A stretch of DNA of 64,000 nt from Candidatus Obscuribacteraceae bacterium (GCA_044226015.1 JBGAHS010000010.1:348793-412792), one strand, 5' to 3'. Positions 49,762-59,999 are shown, counted from the stretch's first letter. Notes: generated by a model from the sequence alone, not told the origin. Numbers and translations: made by a program.

Positions 49762-52700
49762 ATGAGTATTCAGGAAAGAGCCAGAATTACGGATTTTAAA
49801 ATTGCACAAGAGGTAGGTAACAGCATTGTAATTGGCAATTGCTTTGCCTTTGTAAAACAGGACCTTTTCCAAAATGCAAAAATGAGCTGGCTAAAAAAGC
49901 TGCTCGGTCCTAAACCTGTTGCTGAAACAAGTATTTTGTCATTGATGGATTGTCCTCACACCGAGATGTTTGGTGCTGCGATAAGTCCTGTCTCGTTGGG
50001 AAATCTCGAACTTTGGAGTATAACATCCGACAAATCTGTCTATAAAGCCGATGAAGATACAGTAGAGCTACTATTGGTTAATCCCATTCGTGCTTCGCTT
50101 GAGCTCAAGGTTCAGATCATACGTAACAATCTTCCTTATTCCACTCGAACTGTACGAATTGGAAAACACGGTGAAGCCAAAATTACGCTTCAAGATTTAC
50201 CGGCTGGAGATTATGCGGTATTTTTCGAGGGGTGTTCTGATGCAAGCAGGTATTGTAGGTTCACTGTAGCGCAGTACAAGCTCGTTCCGCTGGTGGCACA
50301 GCTCAAAGGCAAAATGATGGATAAGGAAGGCTCTTTGCAGATGCAAGTTGAGCTGACCAGCTTCGGAGTGCCAGTCAACGGCGACGTAAAGATAAGAGTT
50401 TCTGAAGAAGATATCTTGCGAGCAACTCTGACGGCAACGGTGTATGACGGGGCTTGCTCATTCGGCGTCAAGATGGAAGGGCAGGGTGCTCTCACTCTGT
50501 TTTTCCAAATGGTTGATGAGCCTGGCAAAACCGCGAATCTACCAATTATTGGCAGTCGTGCTGTCGAACGGTCGCTGACGCTGTTTAACGCGCTGGGCTG
50601 TGAAATTTTCGGTTCATTGCTGCCTTCTGAAGATGCTACTGAGGTCCGGGGCATCTACCTCACTGAGGGTGGTATCACAAGTACTCCTGTTCGGCTTGAC
50701 TATGATGAAGAGAAGCATGCTGTACTCAAAGCTTCTTCTGAAATCAAGTCTTTGAAAGTTTGCAGGGTTGACCCCACCTTTCCTCATCCGCGAGCTGGTG
50801 CCGTTAATCCTAAAGAACATCATCCTTCATTGAACGACGTTGAATACAATTCTGCTTTGAAGTTGTTTCAAGTAGGTGATTATAAGGAATCTCTCGATCA
50901 GTTTCGATACGCCAGGTCCAAGCAAGCAAATCCCCATCCGTATTATGCATACTTTGCTGCGTGTTGTTTAGCCAAACTAGGCGATATTGATGCTGCGATT
51001 GATGAGCTGCGCCTTTCAATATTTGATGGATGGAATGAATTCGAACACATGGCCAATGATGAGGACCTGTCATCTTTGCGTGCTGATGCTCGTTTCATTC
51101 ATTTGACCAGCGGAGGCCTAACCGAATTCGAGTTTAAGAATCTAAGTGCAGATCAGGAAATTCAAATTCCTTTCCTCCATGGATTGACAATTTTATTGAT
51201 CGGAGCTGTCTTGGGTTCAGATCAAATTTGGGAGGGATGGACTAGCCACGTTTCTACACCGCTTATTTCTGTTGGTATTGAATGTAGTGCACGACAGAAG
51301 GCGGGAGAGTCGACCGAACTCAAACTACAGTTGAAGAATAATAGTAGTTCTGCCGCGGTGTATGTTCTTGTGAAAGATGCCAGATTGGTCAGCGCAGAGC
51401 GTCCAGATGCCAGGCTGGCTATGAGCATTAAAGGATATGTTGAAGAGCACTCAAAATTGCTTAGTAATGGTTATTGTAGTGAAACACTCGAATCTGTTGC
51501 GAGATTCAGATTTCCTCATAGAACTATAGCCGCGGATGAGGGCGGCTGGGGTTCGCCCATTCCCAACGCTGAACAAGAACAAATTTCTACGGGCGGTTGG
51601 GGCGTTCCTAGGGCTGGACTGCCCCAAAATCTATTGAATGGCTCTGCCCGTCCCGCTCCTCTTCCAGGAGGTTCGGTAAACCAGCAGGTGCGAAGCAGAA
51701 TGTTTGCTGCAGAGCCAGCTGAAAGATCATACGAAGCGCGAGCAGCGGCTTCTATGGAAACGATAGCTACGGAGGCTCCATCAATTCCTATAAGAAAAGG
51801 AGCGGAGCCAGAAGTTCTCTTTGCGGACTTTGTGCGCTTTGAGAGTAATGAGGCTACTGTAGAGCTTTTTCTCCCATTGCAAGAGTCGGATTATGTAGTT
51901 GAGTGCTTTGCTATCGCCGACTTTGACTGGTGCTTTAGTGAAACCAGGTTTAGAGCCGTGAGTGATCCGCTTGCTGAATTTACATTGCCGAGATTTGTTA
52001 GCGCCGGCGAGTTTGCCCAGTCGTGGCTGCACCTTGGATCTCGCTCAAATGAGTTCACGTGCGAATTGAGGCGTGATGGAGAGATTGTGCCTCTTAAGTT
52101 AAAAAATGCAAACTTTCCTGCGGAACAAATGATAAGTGAAGAACTGCTAAATCTGGAGTTTCCTGCTGGTCCAGGACATTACAGCGCTGTTCTGCGTGCA
52201 AGTAACAACAATATATTGGCTCGGATCGAACAAATTGTTGACGAGCCAGGGAAACTAAAAAGGCGCACACGTGGTGTTCGCTTTCTGAAGCCCGGAGAGT
52301 CTGTAAGTTTGAAGGACGAAGATTCTGTAGTTTCCATGCGCATTTTACCCGGACTGGAAAAGAAGTTCAAAAAGATGCTTGAGGCGACCTGCGACTATTC
52401 TCATTGTTGTTGCGAGCAGACCGCTGCGAAAATCTTGTCTGCATGCAATGCTTATGTTTTTGCTGGCGATGATGAGCTGGCTAAGTCCAGAGCAGAAGCC
52501 TCGATAATTGTTGGTATTAAGCGCGAAGAACAAATGTGGCTTCCTGGTCGCGGTTTCAAAATGTATCCAGAAGCCACTAACTATCCCGACCCCTATCTTG
52601 GAAAAATGGCAGCACAGCACCTGATTAACCTGGAACTACTGGGACCCTTTTCCAACTCGTTATCAGCCGATCTTAAGCAATCAATTGAGCTAGGTCTCAA

Positions 52701-53616
52701 GATGGCCAAGGACGTGCTTAGAGCTCAAAACGAAGTGTACCCGCCTGCACGAATTGCATCAATTCGCGATGCGTACTTGGTTATGAGAAGCTCATCGAAC
52801 GTTCACGACAACTCCGCTGTAAGGGCCTTGGATTATGTCAAATCGGCGGTGCCAACGGCAGATGCGTTCCTGAGTTCTGTAGGACCCTGCGGCGTAATGG
52901 GATTCGCTGTAAATCTTCGCATGCAAGCAGCCTATGCTGCTGCTACCTTGATAAGAGAGCGAGGACCGATGGTGAATGAAGCAATTAAGCTCGCCAATTT
53001 CGTTGTAAAAGCAATCAACGATGAAGGTCGTTTGTATTCAACCACCGATTCTGCCGCAGCAATTGCATTGTTCTCTGAACTTGCTGTTGCTGGAATGATT
53101 TCGAATTCAGGGACAGGCACCAAGGTTGAAGTTAACGGAACTACGATTGACCTCTCAGAAGCAATTTTGAAATTTGAAGAGGTTTCATCAGTGAAGTGTT
53201 TGGAAGGCTTAATTGCAGTTGAGGTGGAAAAGGAAATTATAGAGGATTGGTCGGTCTTCGATAGCAAGCTTGCTCTGCGTGTGGCTCTGGAAAAAGCTGG
53301 TGCTCCTGCGCGCAATTTCAAGCTGGGTGAGCAAGTTGATCTAAAGGTTACATTGGCTGATGGCTATCAAAATGGAGACTTGCTCTGGGTTTGCTTGCCA
53401 GATTCGCTATCAAGAATATATGGTGGTGCCCAGATCAAAATGTTCTCTGTTGATTTCTGTGGAAAATCTGAATTGACTATTCCTCTTGCTGTAACGGGAA
53501 AAACAATGAATTCGAAAGGTGAGAAATCGCAGCAGAAGATGGCTTTATGTGTGCGAAATATGTTCAATGAAGAACGTGGTGGCAACCCTGGATTAATCGG
53601 TATCACCGCAACATAG
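49762..53616 (+). CDS. Alpha-2-macroglobulin-like thioester-domain protein with TPR-like insert; no signal peptide
   Basis: YSHCCCEQT (cf. YPYGCxEQ) at 52396-52422; GRLYSTTDS (cf. GGFSSTQDT); MG-like beta domains; PEVLF..; LPRFV. Confidence 0.75.
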   Translation: MSIQERARITDFKIAQEVGNSIVIGNCFAFVKQDLFQNAKMSWLKKLLGPKPVAETSILSLMDCPHTEMFGAAISPVSLGNLELWSITSDKSVYKADEDTVELLLVNPIRASLELKVQIIRNNLPYSTRTVRIGKHGEAKITLQDLPAGDYAVFFEGCSDASRYCRFTVAQYKLVPLVAQLKGKMMDKEGSLQMQVELTSFGVPVNGDVKIRVSEEDILRATLTATVYDGACSFGVKMEGQGALTLFFQMVDEPGKTANLPIIGSRAVERSLTLFNALGCEIFGSLLPSEDATEVRGIYLTEGGITSTPVRLDYDEEKHAVLKASSEIKSLKVCRVDPTFPHPRAGAVNPKEHHPSLNDVEYNSALKLFQVGDYKESLDQFRYARSKQANPHPYYAYFAACCLAKLGDIDAAIDELRLSIFDGWNEFEHMANDEDLSSLRADARFIHLTSGGLTEFEFKNLSADQEIQIPFLHGLTILLIGAVLGSDQIWEGWTSHVSTPLISVGIECSARQKAGESTELKLQLKNNSSSAAVYVLVKDARLVSAERPDARLAMSIKGYVEEHSKLLSNGYCSETLESVARFRFPHRTIAADEGGWGSPIPNAEQEQISTGGWGVPRAGLPQNLLNGSARPAPLPGGSVNQQVRSRMFAAEPAERSYEARAAASMETIATEAPSIPIRKGAEPEVLFADFVRFESNEATVELFLPLQESDYVVECFAIADFDWCFSETRFRAVSDPLAEFTLPRFVSAGEFAQSWLHLGSRSNEFTCELRRDGEIVPLKLKNANFPAEQMISEELLNLEFPAGPGHYSAVLRASNNNILARIEQIVDEPGKLKRRTRGVRFLKPGESVSLKDEDSVVSMRILPGLEKKFKKMLEATCDYSHCCCEQTAAKILSACNAYVFAGDDELAKSRAEASIIVGIKREEQMWLPGRGFKMYPEATNYPDPYLGKMAAQHLINLELLGPFSNSLSADLKQSIELGLKMAKDVLRAQNEVYPPARIASIRDAYLVMRSSSNVHDNSAVRALDYVKSAVPTADAFLSSVGPCGVMGFAVNLRMQAAYAAATLIRERGPMVNEAIKLANFVVKAINDEGRLYSTTDSAAAIALFSELAVAGMISNSGTGTKVEVNGTTIDLSEAILKFEEVSSVKCLEGLIAVEVEKEIIEDWSVFDSKLALRVALEKAGAPARNFKLGEQVDLKVTLADGYQNGDLLWVCLPDSLSRIYGGAQIKMFSVDFCGKSELTIPLAVTGKTMNSKGEKSQQKMALCVRNMFNEERGGNPGLIGITAT

Positions 53617-53627
53617 TCAAGTCCCTC

Positions 53628-53666
53628 GAAAAGGAAGAGGGAACGTTGCGCTCCCTCTTCCTTTTC
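53628..53666. terminator. Bidirectional intrinsic terminator
   Basis: 15-bp inverted repeat GAAAAGGAAGAGGGA/TCCCTCTTCCTTTTC between convergent genes. Confidence 0.85.
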
Positions 53667-53686
53667 TAATATCTGGGTTTTCGTCT

Positions 53687-55681
53687 CTATCTCTTTTTGG
53701 GTTGATAGGTTGTTGTGTCAGTTCCCTTTAGAAGCTGACGCATTTCAAGTCTTTTCTTGCTGCTTGTTTCGTCAACAATCTCTTCGTCCAAAGTGTGTCC
53801 ATATTTTTCTTTGTAGCGGCGATTTATTTCTTCTATTTCCCAGCGCGGACGATTTTTCAACGAGTCTCGCATTTCGTCATAGTTAGTACCATAGTCAAAG
53901 AAGAATGCGTCTTTGTGAGTAGAATCACGGAAATCGGCGACTGCTTTATTGAGTTCGTCGTCTTTTGCCTTTTCGATCTTGCCATGTCGATTGTCATCAC
54001 CATCGGTGCGAACGGTAGCAGTCATTGGTTCAGACCAAACATCAGTGTTGCCATCTTTGTAGGTGAAATGACGCTCGCCCTGCATGCTTTTCACAAAGTC
54101 ATCGATCGGCACTGGTTTCCCATTCGGATAGCTGTGGTCTGTTCCATCTGCTGTGTTCTCATAGTAAACCTGCGTTGGTTTTCCGTCAGGTCCGAAATCC
54201 ATATGTGTAATGGAAACGGCGTGGGTACCGGCTGAGCCATCCTTAGATTCGCCCATTCCGGTGTGGTCTGCGTTAATTCTGACTGTAACATTTAACGGAG
54301 CTTTCTCGCCATTGTCTTTCCATGCTTGACCCAAGTCGTCCGGTGATTGAATTTTTCTTGCCTTATAGCCATCTTCTGGACACAGTTTGCCGAGAATGTC
54401 TTCTTTAGCTGAGCGAGGAAGTCCTTCAAACTGAGTTTCTTTTCCATCTGCGTGCTTTACTTTTTCACCACTGTCTTTATCGTCTTTTGGTTTGTAAGAG
54501 CGATATTCGCCCTCATCTGCGGGCATGCCAACATTGGTGATTGCAGTCTGTAAGACCTCGCTTGCAGCGCTTCTCTTTCCGGAGGGGTCGCTCTTCTCTG
54601 ATAGCGAACCATCTGCTTCGCGCTGAGCTTTCATAGTCGTTTTTCCATCTGGCGTTGTATATTCGCCTTTGGTTGCCAACTCAGCTGCCATCTGAGCGTA
54701 TCGATCAGGGTGGTTCATTGCAAGGGTCTTCTCGACGTTCGCTGCAACGCAGGTGTCTCGTTGCCCTTGCTTTATGTCTTCGGGATGAGCAATTTGATGT
54801 GCAACTGATGCCACTAGTTCAGCCCTTTGTTCGGGTGTTAATTTGGTACTATCTTTGGTGTCGGCTGTGGCAATTTTATCCAGGCTTTCATAGACTTTTT
54901 TCCGTTGTTCTTCCGGAAGCTTATCAATTTCTGCCAAGTCCTTTTTCATCTGAGCCTCTTTCTCTGGGCTCATCGGCAGTTTCGCATCCTTGATTTTTTG
55001 AAACTCAGTGCTTTCGGAACTCTCTTTCGCCTGATTGTCTACGCTGTCCTTTTGCTTTGCGTCAGCAGCGTCAGGGAGTTTCCCTGCTTTCATCGTTGCC
55101 ATTTCTGGGTCGAGGTTTCTGAGCTCATCAACTATGCTGCGCTTGTCAGAATCACCATCTTTAGCTTTTGCAGGATCCTGGTCTTTCTTTACTTCTATGT
55201 CTTTCGCTTTTGAGCCCGAGCTCATTCCAGGCTCATCCTTTTGAACCGGAACATCCTTAAATCCACTGGCTCCGTTATCTTTTGCTTTTTCGTAGGCTTT
55301 ACCCAGGTCTTTCAGTCCGCCTTGAATTTGTTCGAAGGCCTTGCCTGCTTCCTTGAAAGCGCCGCCGGTTCCTAGCATTTCGGGGTCGATATTCTTAACG
55401 AGCTTTCCGATGCTGTCTCCGATTCCCTCGTTGGCCAGAATGTTTTTGCTGCCCTCTTGAGCTTTTCCCAGCGCCTGCAACCCGCTGTCAGTCAGGTCTG
55501 GCTTACCAAAAACGTCGGAGATACCACTCTTAGAAATTCCGTCCTTCAAGTCTTTGTACAACTGCTTTGCCGTGGCGATTAACTCGCTTTTGCCTGCCTC
55601 AGCTTCGCGGCTAGCAGACTCAGCCTTAGTTGAAGTCTGAATATTTGACTCGACGACCTTATCTCCGTCTTCCGCGCTCAT
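53687..55681 (-). CDS. Putative papain-like cysteine peptidase with C-terminal annexin-like repeat
   Basis: IKQGQRDTCVAA, GTHAVSIT, VYYEN (Q/C-H-N); C-terminal YGTNYDEM..L..R...EI..I...Y...YGHTLDEEI.DETS. Confidence 0.65.
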   Translation of the reverse strand: MSAEDGDKVVESNIQTSTKAESASREAEAGKSELIATAKQLYKDLKDGISKSGISDVFGKPDLTDSGLQALGKAQEGSKNILANEGIGDSIGKLVKNIDPEMLGTGGAFKEAGKAFEQIQGGLKDLGKAYEKAKDNGASGFKDVPVQKDEPGMSSGSKAKDIEVKKDQDPAKAKDGDSDKRSIVDELRNLDPEMATMKAGKLPDAADAKQKDSVDNQAKESSESTEFQKIKDAKLPMSPEKEAQMKKDLAEIDKLPEEQRKKVYESLDKIATADTKDSTKLTPEQRAELVASVAHQIAHPEDIKQGQRDTCVAANVEKTLAMNHPDRYAQMAAELATKGEYTTPDGKTTMKAQREADGSLSEKSDPSGKRSAASEVLQTAITNVGMPADEGEYRSYKPKDDKDSGEKVKHADGKETQFEGLPRSAKEDILGKLCPEDGYKARKIQSPDDLGQAWKDNGEKAPLNVTVRINADHTGMGESKDGSAGTHAVSITHMDFGPDGKPTQVYYENTADGTDHSYPNGKPVPIDDFVKSMQGERHFTYKDGNTDVWSEPMTATVRTDGDDNRHGKIEKAKDDELNKAVADFRDSTHKDAFFFDYGTNYDEMRDSLKNRPRWEIEEINRRYKEKYGHTLDEEIVDETSSKKRLEMRQLLKGTDTTTYQPKKR

Positions 55682-56277
55682 TTTGGCTCCCCTTTGCTCT
55701 CTGCGATAACAATAACCCGAGCGTCGACGATTTTAGGCTGAATTTCGATAAATCTCCTGGTGATTCATTTATTTAGTGTCACATATTGGGTGTATATTCG
55801 ATAGGTGTCTTTTGCCATTGCGAGGGCGTGTTATGGCAAACTGAACGCTCCGAATTCACCAAGCGCGAAACCCGAGATCTGCCGATTCTGAAGATCTCGG
55901 GTTTCAGGCTGAGCTACTTTGCCACCGAGCGCGCAGGGAAGATTTGGCTTTGACACCTGCTTCAAGCAGCGCTGCCGAGAAGGCTATTGTTGATAGAAAT
56001 TCGGCTTTTAGTGCCGGCTCCATTATTGAAGGAAGCCTTGGTAAGTTTGAGCATTGCCTCAACAGATTTGCTGAGGCAGCACCACCTGTAGTGCCTGAAG
56101 AATTGCCGGCAAAAAAGGTTGATCCAAAGAAATACAAACGGTTTAGATGACCTGGCCAATCAAACAAGTCGAAACTTGTAGACTCAGCCATATTACTGTC
56201 GTAAATAGGCAAAAAGTACGATTCGGAAATTAGGAATTGATGGAATACTTGAAGAGTATAGCCGTAGGGAATTTTTA

Positions 56278-57279
56278 ATGGCGCCAAAGGTAACCAGAGT
56301 TTTTATAGCTGAGGACAGCCCGACTACAAGACTTATGCTAAAGACTGTGCTTCAAAGGGCTTCCGATATGGAAATTATCGGTGAGGCAGAAGACGGCGGT
56401 GACGTAATTGACCGTGTAGGGGCGCTGAAGCCTGACGTGGTCTTAATGGACGTAGGGCTTCGTGGAATGGATGGACTGGAAGCGACCAAAAAGCTGAAAG
56501 CGCGTTATCCCGAGCTGCGAGTAATTATGGTGACATCTAATGAAAGCGATGGAGTCATATTCAATGCATTCTCGAGTGGAGCGGACGGATATTATCTGAA
56601 AACCAATAATGGCGACCAACTATTGCCAGCTATTCGAAGTGTCGTCACCGGAGCTGCCTGGCTGCATCCGGCTATTGCTGGTCGAGTGCTGCGGTCTTGT
56701 GTTCGTGGCGCTGACATGCTGCTCGGAAACAAAGTAAAGTCTAGTGCTCAATCAAGCCATGCAGCAAGCCATCAAGCAAGTGCAGCACATGTTAGCAAGC
56801 ATGAATCAGTTTCCCGATTAGTCGCAATGGCACAAGAGTCTGAAGACAACGAGGCTTTTGATGACGCTGACATTCTAATGGATGCGGCTACAGCTCTCTG
56901 CGAGAAACTAAATGGCGCTGATGATCTTGAGTCCGCCGCTCTCATAACGCTTCATGCGGATATGCTCTACGAGCAGGAAAAGTTTGTAAAAGCTGAAAAG
57001 TTGTACGCAAAAGCTCTTGATTTGCGACATCAAACTCTTGGTTATGAACACCCTGATGTTGCAGCGGCTCTTGAAAATTTGGCCAACCTTTTCGACACTC
57101 GCAGCAACTATGCAGAAGCTGAGCACTATTATTTCTGGTCATTGAAGATTCGGGAAAAAATTCGACCTGACGATCCACTTACAAGTGACACTTGTGCCAA
57201 ACTTGCCTGGGTTTATCGAGCACAGGGCAAAATTGATCTCGCAGAAGAGATGGAAATGCGAGCTAACAAGAAGAAATAA
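56278..57279 (+). CDS. Response regulator: NarL-type receiver domain fused to TPR repeats (no DNA-binding HTH)
   Basis: VFIAEDS, PDVVLMD, GADGYYLK; LGYEHPDVAAALENLA TPR. Confidence 0.88.
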   Translation: MAPKVTRVFIAEDSPTTRLMLKTVLQRASDMEIIGEAEDGGDVIDRVGALKPDVVLMDVGLRGMDGLEATKKLKARYPELRVIMVTSNESDGVIFNAFSSGADGYYLKTNNGDQLLPAIRSVVTGAAWLHPAIAGRVLRSCVRGADMLLGNKVKSSAQSSHAASHQASAAHVSKHESVSRLVAMAQESEDNEAFDDADILMDAATALCEKLNGADDLESAALITLHADMLYEQEKFVKAEKLYAKALDLRHQTLGYEHPDVAAALENLANLFDTRSNYAEAEHYYFWSLKIREKIRPDDPLTSDTCAKLAWVYRAQGKIDLAEEMEMRANKKK

Positions 57280-57398
57280 AGCAGTGTTGCCGTGTCCGAT
57301 ATCGTGGCGATTCTGCTAAGCTTAGCAAGATTTTTCCAAAATGCTGCAAGCATTCATTTTTCAGTGGCATAAAATTGGCATAGAGTAAGGAATACTGG

Positions 57399-58898
57399 AT
57401 GACTGCCACGCCTCCCGACATCAGCAAATATGCCAGGTCCGTCGGAGTTCTAATTGATCGCTGCATGCAAAGAGAAGTTCCTTTTGGAATCGTCTGGCTT
57501 GTGGGCGAAAACAAGGCTGTCACATGTGCTCACCATGTTGTTCTTTATGCTGACTTCTTTCAGGCATTAAAAGTCCGATTTCCAGCGACAAACCAGGACT
57601 GGGAAGTTGAAGATGCTTTCTTTCATCCACGTTATGATCAGGCAATAGGCTATGAACTAGCTACCCGAAGTTTGCTTGAACCTGTTCCAGCACTCGCTTT
57701 GCAGGATCACAATGTAGTAATTTTGCATCTCAGACGAAGTTTGTCAGATATGGATGCGGAGACCAAGACCACTTTCAACAGAAAGCTTGCTGGTACTCCA
57801 CCTCCGCGCATGAAAGGGCTCGCAGGTCCAGTTGACGAATTGGGCTTGGCTCTTGTGGTTCAAACCATCACAAACGCCAGAAAAGATGGCGTTCTAGTGA
57901 TATCGGACGAACGAAATCGACCTCTGGCGAAAATGTTCTGTCGCGACGGCAGAATGATTTTTGCGAAATACGGTAATCTCGTTAACGAAGCTGCGGTCTA
58001 CCAGATGTTTGCTCAGCAGATTTCGGGACAGTTTTACTTTCAACCGCAAGCAAAGCCTGATTGGCAAGTTTACAATCAAATTCAGCGGAACACTGATAGC
58101 TTGTTGCTTGAAGCTTATCGAAGAGTTGATGAAATTCCTAACCTTTTGCGCGACCTCGGTGGCGAAGGTGTGTGTTACGTCAGAGCGACAGAAATTCTAG
58201 ACGTTCAGCAACTCAGCCCTGAAGTGCAGGCTGATGCTGAGTCAATCTGGCCGTTTTTAGATGGCGGTGTTTCCATCGACCAACTCTCGGAAACAACCGG
58301 CTCTGACGATTATGCGATTTACAAAGCACTCGACGAGTTGTACAGAACCAGGCAAGTAGTGGAACTGCCCTTTATGGGAGATGATGGGCTTAGCCCAATG
58401 CAGCCATTAGGATTGGCTCCCCATCTGCTTCTATCGCCGTGGGATGAAATTACTGCATTAACACCACATCCCTCAGTTGGGCGTGCACAAATGCGACCTG
58501 GTTATCTAATTGGACTTATTCGCCCGAATGATCCCTGGCACTTGCTTCATAGCTTGACCATGCCATACAGAGCTGCCGGCTGTCCTATTTTCAAATCGGG
58601 TGAAGTTATAGGAATGCATTGCGGAATGCTTCCGCTAGATCCGAAGTTACATGCATTGCCACAAATGTTCTCGCAAATGATTTGGGTAGAGTCGATTTAT
58701 CAGATGGTTTCGGGAAGTGCGAAGGCTGTTGCTTCGCTGCGACCGAGCAAGAAATCGGTGGGCTTAAAGCTTCCTGAGATGGTAAACTCGCAGAGCAAGC
58801 CTGCTGCTGAGCCTTCGAGAATTCAATGCCCGAAGTGCAATTCGCTTATGATTGCAAAGGCGAAATTTTGCGGAACCTGCGGCACCAAGTTTACTTAA
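57399..58898 (+). CDS. Trypsin-like (probably inactive) domain interrupted by a DUF4388-like domain, with C-terminal Zn ribbon
   Basis: VTCAHHV, FHPRY, HNVVILHL; LALVVQTI...KDGVL...DGRM...LLLEAYRRVDE; RAAGCPIF..GEVIGMH; CPKC..KFCGTCG. Confidence 0.75.
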   Translation: MTATPPDISKYARSVGVLIDRCMQREVPFGIVWLVGENKAVTCAHHVVLYADFFQALKVRFPATNQDWEVEDAFFHPRYDQAIGYELATRSLLEPVPALALQDHNVVILHLRRSLSDMDAETKTTFNRKLAGTPPPRMKGLAGPVDELGLALVVQTITNARKDGVLVISDERNRPLAKMFCRDGRMIFAKYGNLVNEAAVYQMFAQQISGQFYFQPQAKPDWQVYNQIQRNTDSLLLEAYRRVDEIPNLLRDLGGEGVCYVRATEILDVQQLSPEVQADAESIWPFLDGGVSIDQLSETTGSDDYAIYKALDELYRTRQVVELPFMGDDGLSPMQPLGLAPHLLLSPWDEITALTPHPSVGRAQMRPGYLIGLIRPNDPWHLLHSLTMPYRAAGCPIFKSGEVIGMHCGMLPLDPKLHALPQMFSQMIWVESIYQMVSGSAKAVASLRPSKKSVGLKLPEMVNSQSKPAAEPSRIQCPKCNSLMIAKAKFCGTCGTKFT

Positions 58899-58909
58899 GA
58901 TGTGTGTCC

Positions 58910-58939
58910 AAAAGAAAGAAGCAGGCTCTCACCTGCTTC
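58910..58939 (-). terminator. Intrinsic terminator for the giant repeat gene
   Basis: GAAGCAGG/CCTGCTTC stem followed by TTTCTTTT on the minus strand. Confidence 0.65.
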
Positions 58940-59999
58940 CTGTAGTTATTCTGTGTCTAACGATGACTTAGAACGTTCTACCTGGTAGCGTGGCAACCGG
59001 TTGATACGCCCCGCGTCCAGCTGTTACCTGCTGAATACAGACGCTCATTTTTAGTATCTTCTCTGCGGTCGCTTTTTCTTCTTTTGTCTTGCTCGACAAA
59101 ACGTGCTTCAAGCACTTGCTGCCATGGAAGAGTGATACCATCGAGTACTCGCTGATTGCAGCCTGCGAGCCATCATTTGATTCATTCAATTGCACTCTTC
59201 TGCGTGCGATTCCATCGTTTCTCATTTCGCTTGCGATGGCTGTGCCACTAGCGGAGATGATGATTTCCTGTCCAGCACAGATGTTTACTGAGCGGTTTCC
59301 GTTTGTCAACGCAAGACCGTTCAATTGAGATTCGTACAAGTTATGCACCTTCACTACTCCTCTTTCGAGAGAGAACAGTGAGCATGTGCCTTTCTCTAGC
59401 TTGAAAGCGAATTTTCCGATGTGCAAAGTGGTGTCATTATCTGCTTCGAAGATGATTTCGCCATGATGAAGTACCATGCTGCCATTTGCTTCGCTGACAG
59501 ATGCTCCAGGCATGCAAACCACTCTGTTTCCGCAGAATTTTTTCGCTGTGGGTACGCTTTCAGCTATTGCGGCCGCTGCTGGCTCAACGTAAGCGATAGG
59601 CATGATCAAGACATCCGTACCTGAGCTGCCACCGAACCATCTCTGGTCGCAAGCATGTGGAAGGTGTTGACCTTCGTCTCTCAAGTGATTTACCAATCCG
59701 GAAAGTCTGGACTTCATGCTAGCGCTCAAATCCGCGCGGTCAGAACAAACCAGCGAACCGCCGTAGGGTGAATCGTTGAGATTCAACTTCTTGTTAGCCA
59801 TTGCGAGGTTCGCGCTTTCTGTTGCGCCCAGAACTGGAATGAAGTCTGAGACGCCGATCGATGCAACTCTGTTATTTATGAATGAGACTTCGCGGTTCGC
59901 TGCGATTTCGATTGCGTAAGGTTTCTTTGTCCCGGTGCTAGCGATTTCGTCATTGTCATCGGTTTCCTCACCGTCGTTTTCAATTCTGGAATCGACTGC

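Noticed and set aside
55944..56150. 68-aa ORF as a real gene
   Set aside because: TTG start, no motif and no supporting evidence; left uncalled
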